From contig NC_043004.1 of NCBI RefSeq assembly GCF_006345805.1, positions 33,294,001-33,358,000 on the forward strand: 64,000 bases of DNA. Reading direction: 5' to 3'. Of this stretch, positions 1 through 12,168 are shown one piece after another. The notes beneath the pieces are model-generated. The model ran no database searches. It saw only the letters and a program-made list of their open reading frames with translations, and was not told the DNA's origin. Positions within the stretch are counted from its first letter, which is position 1. Each line of letters begins with the position of its first letter. The stretch comes from Octopus sinensis. Its lineage: Eukaryota. A program made the translations under genes and the position numbers.

Positions 1-10
1 TATCTATCTA

Positions 11-47
<37 letters not shown>

Positions 48-175
48 TTATCAATATATCTATCTATCTATCTGCCTGTCTGTCTGTCTGTCTGTCTGGC
101 TGGCTGGCTGGCTAGCTGGCTGGCTGCCTGTCCATCTGTCTGTCTGGCTGGATGTCCTGTCTGTATGTACAGTAA
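1..175. repeat. Compound tetranucleotide microsatellite (TATC/TGTC/TGGC)
   Basis: Direct reading of tandem units. Confidence 0.95.
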
Positions 176-329
176 TCCCTCAACTATCATGGATGTTATA
201 TTCCAACCCCAACCCCACATTAAGTGAAAATCCATGAAGTAGAAACAGTACTATACTGTATATTTTTTTATTTTTAAAATTTGTATATATTTATCTCCTA
301 ATATAATAATGAGCATAGTGTTTTTATAC

Positions 330-367
<38 letters not shown>

Positions 368-494
368 AATAAAATTAAAAACAGAACACAAAGGATGTTT
401 TTAATTTTATTTGATATATTCTCTCTCACCTCTGCCACTATCTGATATATACAGATGCTTACACTTATCAAGTATTCACCATAAATTTACAGTA

Positions 495-534
<40 letters not shown>

Positions 535-984
535 TATATATTTGTCTAAAACCACACAGTAGGTGTGAATGGTGAAGGAAGAGGAGAGAAAGTAGTAATT
601 CAGTGAAAGAGAAGTAGTGAGAGTAATAGCAATGAATGAGAAGGAGTGAGAGAAAGTAATAGCAATGAGAGAGAGGAAGTGGCAAAGAGAGCTTCCTGTA
701 TCTTCCACTATAATAATCTACTATAATAATACTCTTGTGTATTTCTCCATCACAATATATGAATGAGAAAGGAAGGGGTGATCCACTGATGGAAGTGGGA
801 TGGTGAAAAGTCAACAGTGAAACAAAAGTCAAACAGTGCTTCAACTCTGTGTGTGTTTGTAAAAGGGAGGAATGTGAATGTTTGTGTGTGTGTGTGTATC
901 TGTTTGTGTAAAATATATTTATCTATTTGAGTGTATATGTGTTTGTGTATGTTTATTTAGAAAGATATATAGAAAATGGAATTA

Positions 985-1218
985 CAGACACATGTGCATG
1001 GCCGATGCCAGTACTGCCTGCCTGGTGCTTGTGCCAGTGGCACATAAAAGCACACACTATGCTCTTGGAGTTGTTGGTGTTAGGAAGGGCATCCAGCCGT
1101 AGAAACCTTGCCACATCAGACTGGAGCCTGGTGCAGCCATCTGGTTCACCAGTCCTCAGTTGAACTGTCCAACCCATGCTAGCATGGAAAGTGGATGTTA
1201 AACGACGACGACGATGAC
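985..1218 (+). mobile_element. RTE-tail SINE/LINE 3' end (family B) with (GAT/GAC)n tail
   Basis: ttaggaagggcatccagc...ccaacccatgctagcatggaaag...gatgatg; the same sequence terminates the RTE ORF remnant at 32395-33290. Confidence 0.85.
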
Positions 1219-1496
1219 GATATATAAACAGACACACATAAAAAGGAAGGAAGCAGGCTGTGATAAAGTATAGAAAACTGCGTGCTACTCATACTTATAA
1301 ATGTATACATATGCACACACACACACACAGTTGAAGCATTATTTGATTTTTTTTTTCACATTTTTTTGTACCCTTTTTATACATAAAATACTACAATTAG
1401 CCATCATTTGTGATGGCACAGGGCCAGTTACTGTTATAATAAAGGCAAAACAACACCACTGAGGAATAGACGTAAGGTGAAATAATAAACCACGTT

Positions 1497-1550
1497 AAGT
1501 GAACCATGACAGGTGAACCGTGACAGGTGAACCGTGATAGGTGGACTGTG
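1497..1550 (+). repeat. 14-bp minisatellite (aggtgaaccgtgac), about 4 degenerate units
   Basis: Direct reading. Confidence 0.8.
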
Positions 1551-1882
1551 ATATGGTGAGGGATTACTGTCTGTCTGTCTTTCTGTCTTTCTATGTAGAT
1601 AGATACATATAAATACATAGATACACATAGATGTGTGTGTGTGTGTGTGAGGGTGTGTGGCCTAGTGGTTAGTGTGTTGCACACATAATCAAAAGATTGT
1701 CGTTTCAATTCCTAGACCAGTTGGTATGTTGTGTTCTTGAGCAAAACACTTCCTCTCACATCGCTCCGCAATCACTTCAACACCTGATCTGTGATACACT
1801 TGTGCACCTGTTTAGACAACATCGATTTGATGGAGAGAGTGAGCTTATATGCAGCATAAACATTTGATTACTATAAGCAAAT

Positions 1883-2158
1883 TACATTATTTACATTTGA
1901 TGGATATTTGTCCTCATCTTGTTTGTTCTTAACACAACGTTTCGGCTGATATACCCACCAGCCTTCATCAGTTGTCTTGGGGAAATTTTGAACCTGGGTT
2001 CTCATTCCTAAGGTATTTTTCGATGTTATTATTATCATTGTTATTATTCAGGTCACTGCCTGGAATTGAACTCGGAATCTAGGGGTTAAGAATGCAGGCT
2101 ACTAACCCCAAGATTTCATGTTCGATTCCAAGCAGTGACCTGAATAATAATAATAATG

Positions 2159-2228
<70 letters not shown>

Positions 2229-2417
2229 CAACAACATCAAAAAATACCTTAGGAATGAGAACCCAGGTTCGAAATCTCCCCAAGACATCTGATGAAGGCT
2301 AGAGGGCATTTCAGCCGAAACGATGTGTTAACAACAAACAAGATGAAGACAAATATCCATCAAATGTAAATAATGCAAATAATGTACATAATTCCTCATC
2401 TCTTAAATATAGAACTG
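1883..2417. mobile_element. Head-to-head inverted pair of a tRNA-headed SINE with hammerhead-like tail, 11-bp TSD
   Basis: Arms 1885-2085 and 2100-2375 are reverse complements apart from an (AAT)n expansion; B-box gttcgattcc at 2120-2129; tataagcaaat at 1872-1882 and 2418-2428. Confidence 0.85.
1931..1976 (-). ncRNA. Minimal hammerhead ribozyme-like motif (Penelope type), C3-G8
   Basis: gacaa-CTGATGA-a-ggctg...cagcc-GAAA-cg-TT-gtgtt; one extra A after the core and one mismatch at the base of helix I. Confidence 0.55.
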
Positions 2418-2782
2418 TATAAGCAAATCATTTGTTCAGGTCATTTGGCAAGAATCTGCAGCACCATCTTCCTGAGATCATGAGAGACTACCATCACATA
2501 TATGTATATATATGCATGTGTGTGCATGCGTGCATGCATGTCTGAGACCTTGTCTTGACATGCAGTAGACATAAATGAATGTGGCTTGTCAAGCAAGCAG
2601 TTTCATTTATTTCTAGTCTTCCATGCAAACCTATTCTCAACTAAGTGGCAATATGATGTTGCTTGGAAACAGGTGAAAGTTGGAGACAGGAAGAGCATCC
2701 AGCAACAGAAATCTGCCATGACAAATCCTGTCTAAACCATAGGAAAATGGGTGTTAAAGGGGAAATGATGACAATTATTTTT

Positions 2783-2942
2783 GGCTGTGTGGTAAGTAGC
2801 TTGCTTACCAACCACATGGTTCCGGGTTCAGTCCCACTGTGTGGCACCTTGGGCAAGTGTCTTCCACTATAGCCTCAGGCCGACCAAAGCCTTGTGAGTG
2901 GATTGGGTAGATGGAAACTGAAAGAAGCCCGTCGTATATATG

Positions 2943-2973
<31 letters not shown>

Positions 2974-3190
2974 TGGTGTGTCTGAGTTTGTCTCCCCAAC
3001 ATCGCTTGACAACCGATGCTGGTGTGTTTACATCCCCGTAACTTACTGGTTCGGCAAAAGAGACCGATAGAATAAGTACTAGGCTTACAAAGAATAAGTC
3101 CTGGGGTCGATTTACTCGACTAAAGGTGGTGCCCCAGCATGGCCGTGGTTAAATGACTGAAACAAGTAAAAGAGTAAACGAGTATAAGAG
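2783..3190 (+). mobile_element. Full-length tRNA/CORE-type SINE (family A, Octopus OR-like)
   Basis: ggctgtgtggtaag head, ggttcagtccc B-box, ccttgggcaagtgtctt core, internal (TA)(TG) array, gactgaaacaagtaaaaga tail. Confidence 0.85.
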
Positions 3191-3984
3191 TGTGTGTTAT
3201 TGTAGTGCTTTGCTTTTTACGGAATCACTATCTTCATAAACATTATTATCCTCATCCAATACAAAACTGATAGAGCTGCAAGAGAATTTTCTATGCCCTA
3301 CATTAAGCATAACATTCTCTGTTGTGTTAACACATGCTCCGCAATATGTGTTAGTCCAGCTAACAACAATGTCAAGACAGATTTTCGATCAACCAATTCA
3401 CATGACAGGATCGGAGAATGAACATCGGTTTTATTGGTCCTTGTAGCTCTGAAGAAATGATGAGACTCGAGTCTCCATCAATCAACAAAAGAATTCAAGG
3501 GTTAAATTAAATTTTCCCTTATTGAATGCATAGCGATAGAGTTTCATAAAACGCATGACGAATTGTTACCAGATACAAGATAAAGATAATAGAAATAAGA
3601 TAAGAGAATGTCAAGCAGATATATGACTGCAAAAATATGGCATATATATATATTTTAACATTGAGTAGCTCTTTAAATGAGACCCACCTCAGCTAGATTG
3701 ATATTTTTTTAATGATATGTCTATGCATCAGACTGAAGAAGGAATTTCATTATTCCATCTGAAGATTGAGTGACATAACACTGGCATTGAATACCTGAAT
3801 AAAACAATAGAATAGATTTAAATATATTTTGGTCTTATGTTTAGCACAGAAAACGACGAAACGGAGACACCTACAAAGAGTTTGTATTTTTTCCTGTTGA
3901 TGCTTTATTAAATATGTAAATTCTTATTTTAGAAGTGTACTGCATGGGCAGTGATGGTTCACAGTAGTGAGCGTTTACATATAC

Positions 3985-4560
3985 ATACATATATATGGGT
4001 GTGAGTGTGTGGGTGTATGTCTGTATATGTATTTATATTTATATATATATACATATGTGCATATATATATATATACATATATACATATACATATGTATAT
4101 ACACATACATAGATATGTATATATATATATATGAGAATATATATATATATGCATATATATATATATATATATGCATATATATATGTATATATATATTATA
4201 TATATATATATACACATAAGTAGATATGTACATATATATATGGGAATATATATATTCATATGCATATATATATATATATAATATATATATACACATAAGT
4301 AGATATGTACATATATATATGGGAATATATATATATATGAGAATATATATATATATGCATGTATAGATAAACATGTGCACACACACACACACACACATAT
4401 ATATAAATATGCATATATAGATATACATGCACATACATATATACATACATATATTTCTGTATACATTTTTATATTTATATCTGTCTATTTGCATATATAT
4501 ATATTCTATATCATATATACATAATATACATGATATATAATACATATATACAAGGGGAGA
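3985..4560. repeat. Compound (TA)/(CA)/(GA) microsatellite field
   Basis: Direct reading; source of the YIYI-type ORFs. Confidence 0.95.
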
Positions 4561-4868
4561 GATAGAGAGAGAGAGAGAGAGGGAAGAGTGAAACAGGGAT
4601 AGATAGGTAGATAGAAGGTCACAACTTGCTATCTGTCACTAGCTTTCCATTGTGCCATGGAAATAAAACTTTGCTCTTCTCAGTGCAATTTTCTGAGATA
4701 GAAAATGCGTATCATTTCTTCTTTTATATGTGAATGGTTGCTTTTGACAGGTGTCCCGGTAATCCATGCCAATTGGCAAAGGGGCATCGAGAGTAAAATT
4801 ATAAGACAAAAACCTCAATGTGACAGAAACAATCAACTTTTATTACAGAAGCATATTGACTTCATATT

Positions 4869-4955
4869 GAATAATAATAATAATAATAATAATGATAATA
4901 ATAATAATAATATAATAATAATAATAATAATATAATAATGATAATAATAATAATG

Positions 4956-5008
<53 letters not shown>

Positions 5009-5116
5009 GATAATAATAATAATAATAATATAATAATAATAATAATAATGATGATGATGATGATGTTGATAATAACAACTAGAATAATAATAATAATAAT
5101 AATAATGATAATAATA

Positions 5117-5162
<46 letters not shown>

Positions 5163-5178
5163 CGACAACGATGATGAT

Positions 5179-5214
<36 letters not shown>

Positions 5215-5412
5215 AATAATAATAATCAGAAGAAGAAGAAGAAGAAGAAGAAGAAGAAGAAATAGAAGAAGAAGAAGGAGGAGGAGGAGGAGAAGAAGAA
5301 GAAGAAGAAGAAGGAGGAGGAGGAGAAGAAGAAGAAGAAGGAGTAGAAGAAGAAGAAGAAGAAGAAGAGAAGAAGAAGAAGAAGAAGAAGAAGAAGAAGA
5401 AGAAACAGAGAA
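4869..5412. repeat. Compound trinucleotide array AAT-GAT-AAC-AAT-GAA/GGA
   Basis: Direct reading. Confidence 0.95.
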
Positions 5413-5914
5413 GAGGTGATTGCATATGCTTAGATGTGTATACATGTGTGTATTTGTATGTGTGTGTGTATGTGTGTGTTTGAGTATGCGTCTGTGGGTG
5501 AATGTGAGTGGGCATATAAAAAAGATGTGAGGAAGCTGACACCTAGAATACTGATTAAGATTGGAAGAACCAAAAATGGATGAAAGAGAGCTGAAATAAG
5601 CATAAGTTTTTTTCTTTCCCCTCCCCAAATGAAATTGAATGATCGAAGCTCTCATTTCGGGTAAAGCTGATTCTTAATTTTCTTTCTGCAGATTTGTGCT
5701 TATAGAGAAAAAATAAAATAAATAAAATAAAATAAAACTTCAGATGTTGGTCAAAAATTACAACTTCTAAAGCTAGAAGTGTATTATACCAAAATAATTG
5801 ATCTGATATTGGTGACATAAGTACTAACATTTATTGGCTCCACATATGGTGTCTAGTTGTCAATATGACATCTATTTACTGCATTTCTCATACAACTTGA
5901 CATAAATTTACTGC

Positions 5915-6237
5915 TTTTTATGTGCCGGTGGCATGTAAAAAGCACCATCCGAATGTGGCTGATGTCAGCACTGCCTTCACTGGCTTCAGTGCTGGTGGCA
6001 CATAAAAAGCACCAACTGATTGTGGCCGATGCCAGCCTTCCCTAGCACCTGTGCTGGTGGCATGTAAAAAGTACTCACTACACTCACGGAGTGGTTGGCG
6101 TTAGGAAGGGCTTCAAGCTGTAGAAACACTGCCAGATCAGACTGGAGCCTGGTGCAGCCTCCTGGTTTCCCAGACTCCAGTCGAGCCGTCCAACCCATGC
6201 TAGCACAGAAAGCAGACGTTAAACGATGATGATGATG
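5915..6237 (+). mobile_element. Family B RTE-tail element
   Basis: Repeated gtgctggtggcacataaaaagcacc blocks, conserved 3' end and (GAT)n tail. Confidence 0.85.
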
Positions 6238-6246
6238 TTCAATATA

Positions 6247-6650
6247 CTCTTTACTTGTTTCAGTCATTTGACTGCGGCCATGCTGGAGCACCGCCTTTAA
6301 TCGAGCAACTCAACCCCGGGACTTATTCTTTTGTAAGCTCAGTACTTATTCTATCAGTCTCTTTTGCAGAACCACTAAGTAACGGGGACATAAACACACC
6401 AGCATCGGTTGTCAAGCAATGCTAGGGGGACAAACACAGACACACAAACACACAGACGCATATATATATATATATACATATATACGACGGGCTTCTTTCA
6501 GTTTCCGTCTACCAAATCCACTCACAAGGCTTTGGTCGGCCCGAGGCTATAGCAGAAGACACTTGCCCAAGGTGCCACGCAGTGGGACTGAACCCGGAAC
6601 CGTGTGGTTGGTAAACAAGCTACTTATCACACAGCCACTCCCGCGCCTAT
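6247..6650 (-). mobile_element. Full-length family A SINE
   Basis: Reverse complement of 2783-3190. Confidence 0.88.
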
Positions 6651-7109
6651 GATCAGGTTTTTTTCTTTGATACCAGATTCAGCTGTTTCTGTGTGTTGTG
6701 GGTCAACCCTTCACTTATTTGAGATAAGCCTGCCTAACTACATGCACATTTAATTAGCTGATTAGCAATGAATCACCCATCAACAAGCTTTAAGAACTAA
6801 TTGTATAACTCCAGTTGCAATCTTCCTTTCTCCCTGTTTCTTCTCTCATTTCTCCTATGGCCTTTCCTCTTTTGAAACCACAAGTTGCTTACTTAAGCCA
6901 GGACCGTCAAACTGACCTGCTCTTTCTCACTTCCCCTGCCTGTTTCTCACTTGCCCACACAAAGTGCTTCTCCCTATCCTACTTAATTGAAAGTGCAGTT
7001 TTTCTGTAGGTCCCTCTCCATGAAAGCCTTTGGTCTGCAATTGCTCAAGTTAATCAGCGGCCTCGGAAAGCATGTGATGGCCTTAGGCATTATCCTTTAT
7101 TCCGTAATT

Positions 7110-7205
7110 AACCTCCTCCTCCTCATCATCATCGTCATCATCGTCGTCATCATCATCATCATCACCATCATCATTTTCATCATCATCATCTTCATCATCA
7201 CCATC

Positions 7206-7237
<32 letters not shown>

Positions 7238-7755
7238 CATTATCATCATCACCATCATCATCATCATCATCATCATCATTGATGTATCAATCAAGGAAGC
7301 TGGACACATGAAGAAGGGGCTTCAAGACTCTTTCGGCGGATGTGAGTGGTGACTGTCCAGTTGGGTTGCGGAAAGTGATTATGTTTTTGTCATGTTCCCC
7401 TCGAAGGACATCAGTGAGGTCTCTGTTCCCGGCAGTTGGTGAGATCTAGCATCAGGTGTTCAGGTTGTAATCTTCCCCCTCCTCTTCCTCCTCCCCTTCC
7501 TCCTCCTCTTCCCCTCCTCCTCCCCTTCTCTCTTCCTTCTCCTCCTCCTCCTTCTCTTCCTCCCCCTCTTCCTCCTCCCCTTCCCTCTTCCTCCCCTCTT
7601 CATCCTCTCCTTCCTTCTTCCTCCTCCACCTCCTCCACCTCCCCCACTCCCCCTCTCCCTCCCCTCTCCCTCCTTCTCATCATTGTCATTGTCAGCTTCA
7701 TCATTCTCACCCCACCCCCACCATTACAATCATTATCATCATCACCATCATCATA
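7110..7755. repeat. (ATC)n array and (CCT/CT) polypyrimidine tract
   Basis: Direct reading: 7110-7280 and 7470-7680. Confidence 0.9.
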
Positions 7756-8799
7756 TGCATTCTTCACTCACTGTGAGGTCTCTTTTTGTAAGCTCCTAAA
7801 ATAAACGATGACTTCAAAGGAAGATACACGAAAGCAAATATCAGGTGTTTACAATCTTTAGGAATGTATTTCCAGTAAGTTTTAACCATAAGTACAATTT
7901 TTATTTGTGGAATTGGTGTTGGAATTATTCAGTAATATCCATGTTTTTTTTGTTCTTTTTCTTTTGTTGTTTTTCTTTCTGATTCTCATAGAAAACCATT
8001 CAATGGTAGCATTCTGTGTAATTAGAAGGTTTGTCCTTAACGTAACTGGATGTTTGTCTTTTACTGAGTTACACTTAATTATTTAGCAGCAGGTATGCTG
8101 TCTAATATATCATGGTGTTATTGGTTTTTATCTGATAACCTCAGAAAAACTAACACAGGAGCACAGAGGTTAGTAATTAATTGTGTATGAGCCAGTTAGG
8201 GCATATTGTTTCTGACCAGTTAATTCATAAAGTAGAGAACCTCTGGCCATCAATTACTGCTATATGTAACATTGTGTAGCTTCTGTGTGCTAAATACTTC
8301 TCACTCAGTGATATAAAGCTCAACTACAATTTTTTCTTTCCCTTATATAATCTAGGGGGTGGAAGGGTTTATCAAGGAGCTAGTTTTTTTCTCTTGTTTT
8401 CTTTTCTTTATATTTTGGGGCTATTTTCTTTATTTTCTGTTTAGTCGAATTTTATTTCTCTTTTAGGTTGTCTTATATTTGAAGAAGTCATTAAGTTTAA
8501 CGAACTCTGTTTTTGTTTTTCTTGTACAAGTAGTGATCTTGTACCTTGTCAAATGAAATCATTAATTTGATGAATTTAATTGTCTATCTATGTTTGTGCT
8601 TTTTGATAATATTACAGTTTGTTATGTAAGACATCAGTGATTAGTTTTTAGAATTTATTTATTGTCATGTCTGATTTATTGATGGATAAGATATTGATGC
8701 CTGTTAGGCTGAAGATACTGACAGTGCTGCAACAGTAATAACGGTTGGCATTAATTGTTTCTTACATAAGAACAAGAATTTAGAGGGAGAGAGAAAGAT

Positions 8800-8965
8800 G
8801 GTGGGGTTAGTGGATTAAATCAACTGTGGTATTTAACTGATGTACTTTACTTAACTGATGTACTTTATTTTATCGCCTGAGGAGTGATGAAAGGTAAAGT
8901 TGACTTTGGAAAGATTTTAATTCTGAGCACAAAGAAATACTCCAAGATATCCTGTTTTACACTCT
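8800..8965 (-). mobile_element. Degenerate family C SINE fragment
   Basis: Reverse-complement similarity to 23508-23730 (gatgaaaggtaaagttgac...ctgagcacaaag). Confidence 0.6.
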
Positions 8966-9094
8966 AATCATCATCATCATCATCATCACATCATCATTAT
9001 CATCATTACCACCACCACCACCACCACCACCACCACCACCACCACCACCAACACCAACACCACCACCACCACCACCACCATCATCACCATCATC

Positions 9095-9420
9095 ATTGTT
9101 TAACGTCCATTTTCCATATTGGCATGGGTTGGACGGTTTGATTGAAGTCTAAGAAGCCAGCAGCTGCACCAGGCTCCAATCTGATCTGGCAATGTTTCTA
9201 CAGCTGGATGCCCTTCCTAATGCCAACCACTCTGAGAGTGTAGAGGGTGCTTTTTACGTGCCACCAGCACAGGAGCCAGCCAGGTGACCCTGGCATCGAA
9301 CTCGTTTGGATAGTGCTTTTTGCATGCCACTGACATGGGAGCCAGTCAGGCAGCACTGGCATTGACCATGTTTGCATGGTGCTTTTTATGTGCCACCAGC
9401 ACAGCAGCCAATTGAGTGGA
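9095..9420 (-). mobile_element. Family B RTE-tail element
   Basis: tttaacgtccattttccat...ggatgcccttcctaa; preceded by an (ATC)/(ACC) tail. Confidence 0.85.
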
Positions 9421-9822
9421 CCTTCTGCAAATCCATTACCCTGTACATTCTTGATTTGAAGGGAGGAATTTTGTCTGGAGACAAGGATTAAGGATTATAC
9501 CTATAGCTTTAAGGGTCCCTCTGAAACCAATGAAATTGATCTAGTTTGATCTAATTTGAACAGTTACAACTTGATAGATGTAGGGAAGATATGGGAACAG
9601 TAGTTCAAGAGTGGCTGTGTGGTTAAGGACATCACTTCACAATCATACAGTTTTGGGTTCACTTCTGCTGTGCAGTACATTCAGCAAATGTCTTTTACTG
9701 TATCCCTGGACTGACCAATTCCTTGTGAGAGAATTCAGTAAGAGGAAATGGAAATGAATCCCCAACACCAATTTTTATGTTCATATATGTATATGTGTGT
9801 GGAAATATGTGTGTGTTGGTGT

Positions 9823-9857
<35 letters not shown>

Positions 9858-10621
9858 ATTCTGTTTCCTTGACTTGCTATCACACACACATTGCAAACAA
9901 ACATCTCTGCCTTACAAACAGTACTGTTTAATTTTTTGTAATCTTTTATGGAAACATATTCCAACTAGAGGAAGGCTCTCTATCTCCACCGTCATTTCTT
10001 CCCTCTGTTCCTCAATATTTATTTACAAAGATGTGATATTCAAGATTATAACTAACACTGGATTATATTTCTAGAGTGAATAAAATCCAAAAGATAAAAC
10101 ATAAGTTTTAAGAAACCCTTCTCACTTCTTATAAATCCGCATTCATCTCTAACTAATCCAGATTAATCTCTTAACACATTCAGTGATGTGTTTTGACTTA
10201 ACTTAGCCAAAACTAAACTTCTTGGTGCTTGCCATCTTCTTATTGTTTCTAAAAAGCCATTCTTTGACAACCAAGAATTTTGACTGCTTAACCTTTTGGT
10301 AAAATGAATTAATTTTGAAGTTATTGTTCAAGAAACACTTGACTTTTATAAAATTAGTCTGTACTAATTTCTTTCTTTTATGATGTCACTATTTATTTAA
10401 TTATTTATTTATTTAATTATCTCTTTACATAACAAACAGTTTAGCTTTGATGGTTCAGTGAACATGCTACGATGTATCTGTTAAATGAAGAATGTTAATT
10501 TAATTAGTTTTAACTTAATTATAAATTATTTAAACAAAACTAGAAAATCTCTTCACCATGTTTCAGTGATAAAAGAAAAGTAATGATAATAAAATAAAAC
10601 ACATTTTATCTCTCCCTCTCC

Positions 10622-10652
<31 letters not shown>

Positions 10653-11000
10653 ATATATTAATGTATATATGTATGTTTGGATAAATGTGTACACACACAC
10701 ATACACACATGCGTGCATGCACACATATACATTCATAAATACATATATATATATGCATGTATGTATGTATATATATATGTGTGTGTGTGTACACATCCAT
10801 CCAAACATACATATATGCATTAATATATATTCAAGTATAATCAGCTGAAATTGTGGGGATAATCTGGTACTTGACTGAGGAAAGAAAACTTTGAATGACC
10901 CGTCCTTGTTTTTTTTGTATTGTCTTCTTGGATGTTTTGTTGTCCCATTTTTGTATCACCTAGCTGTCCAGATGTTTTGCGTTCCTGTCCCATTTTGTAT

Positions 11001-11031
<31 letters not shown>

Positions 11032-11203
11032 AGAAAACATAGTAATGCTGAAATGAATTTGAGCTCTGAATTCTCCATTCAGGAGTCAGCCAAGAGTCAG
11101 CCAACATTGTCAAGAGTGGCTTTAAGAGAAATCCAGGTGGGATGATATAAAGGAAAACATACACACACACACATAAACACACGCACATACATGTGCATAT
11201 ACT

Positions 11204-11632
11204 GATATTTATACAAATATATTTATATAGAACATAAAAAATACAGAATACTATGAAGGGAATACATGATTTCTTAACTTGACAGCTGTTTCAGGAAGCT
11301 CAGAATTATGTACAAATGGTAATGTTCATAATTTACAGATGAAATGTGCAAACGGCCTTGGTTAAGCCACCAGCAAATAGTTACACAGAGATGTTACTAT
11401 AAACCAGTTTTCTCTAAATGAAGGGATCTGAACTTATTGGGATATTCCCATGTGACTGTTTATTGGCTGCATACCCAAGACTTTTTGCTCATTCTATCTA
11501 CAAATTATGGATGTTATTATTATTATGCAATTCTGAGCTTCTTGAAACAGCTGTCGAGTTAAGAAACTATGTATTCTCTTTTAAATATTCTGTATTTTTT
11601 ATGCTCTATGTAAATATATTTGTATAAATATT
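11204..11632. repeat. Long imperfect inverted repeat (~115-bp arms, ~200-bp spacer)
   Basis: 11204-11318 is the reverse complement of ~11520-11632 (e.g. ttcttaacttgacagctgtttcaggaagctcagaatt vs aattctgagcttcttgaaacagctgtcgagttaagaa). Confidence 0.9.
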
Positions 11633-12096
11633 GGCATGAGTATATATGTGTTTATCTTTATGAATATATACAGTTTATATTCATTTATGTATATCTATGT
11701 GGATCTCTCTCTTTACATATATGCATATATATACGTATGTGTCCAGCTTAATTGTGTGAATCTACATCGCCCTCTCTCTCTCTCTCTTTCTTTCTACGTA
11801 TATATATGTGTGTGTGTGGGTGTGTGTGTTTATACAAGAGTTAAGGAATGAAGTAGATTGGACCCGAGCTACATATGTGTCATAATGAGTGGAACCATGG
11901 AAGTGGTAAATATCCAAGTGAGGTGTATACCACAGGCTGCTCTTCAGGCCAAGGGTATCTTGATTGAATGAAAGTTTATATTGTTGCAAGGAAGTACTTG
12001 TTAACACAAGGAAGAATCGATCAGAATGTATAGAGAGCACAGTAAGAGTGGAGAATATGAATGTAAAAAGAAAATTAGTGTGTGTGTATAGATATG

Positions 12097-12167
<71 letters not shown>

Positions 12168-12168
<1 letters not shown>

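Larger units (their letters stand above)
1655..2490 (+). mobile_element. tRNA-derived SINE (family D-like), interrupted by the insertion at 1883-2417
   Basis: A-box-like tagtggttag, B-box-like gtttcaattcc, core tgtgttcttgagcaaaacac; sequence resumes after the duplicated tataagcaaat. Confidence 0.7.

Noticed and set aside
3300-3447. Minus-strand exon-like frame ATRTNKTDV...IAEHVLTQQRML with faint resemblance to ODR-4 family motifs
   Set aside because: Only two short motif echoes; spacing and the conserved PGG are absent, so no gene call is supportable
3733-3765. CTGAAGA-a-ggaat/attcc, a possible hammerhead
   Set aside because: No GAAA or helix I/III follows helix II
6987-7352. Plus-strand exon with good splice sites (ctgtag ... 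GAT|gtgagt)
   Set aside because: The only open frame encodes ~55 residues of poly-Ile from the (ATC)n array
11295-11318. 24-nt exon candidate EAQNYVQM
   Set aside because: It lies inside an arm of the 11204-11632 inverted repeat, so the signals are likely incidental
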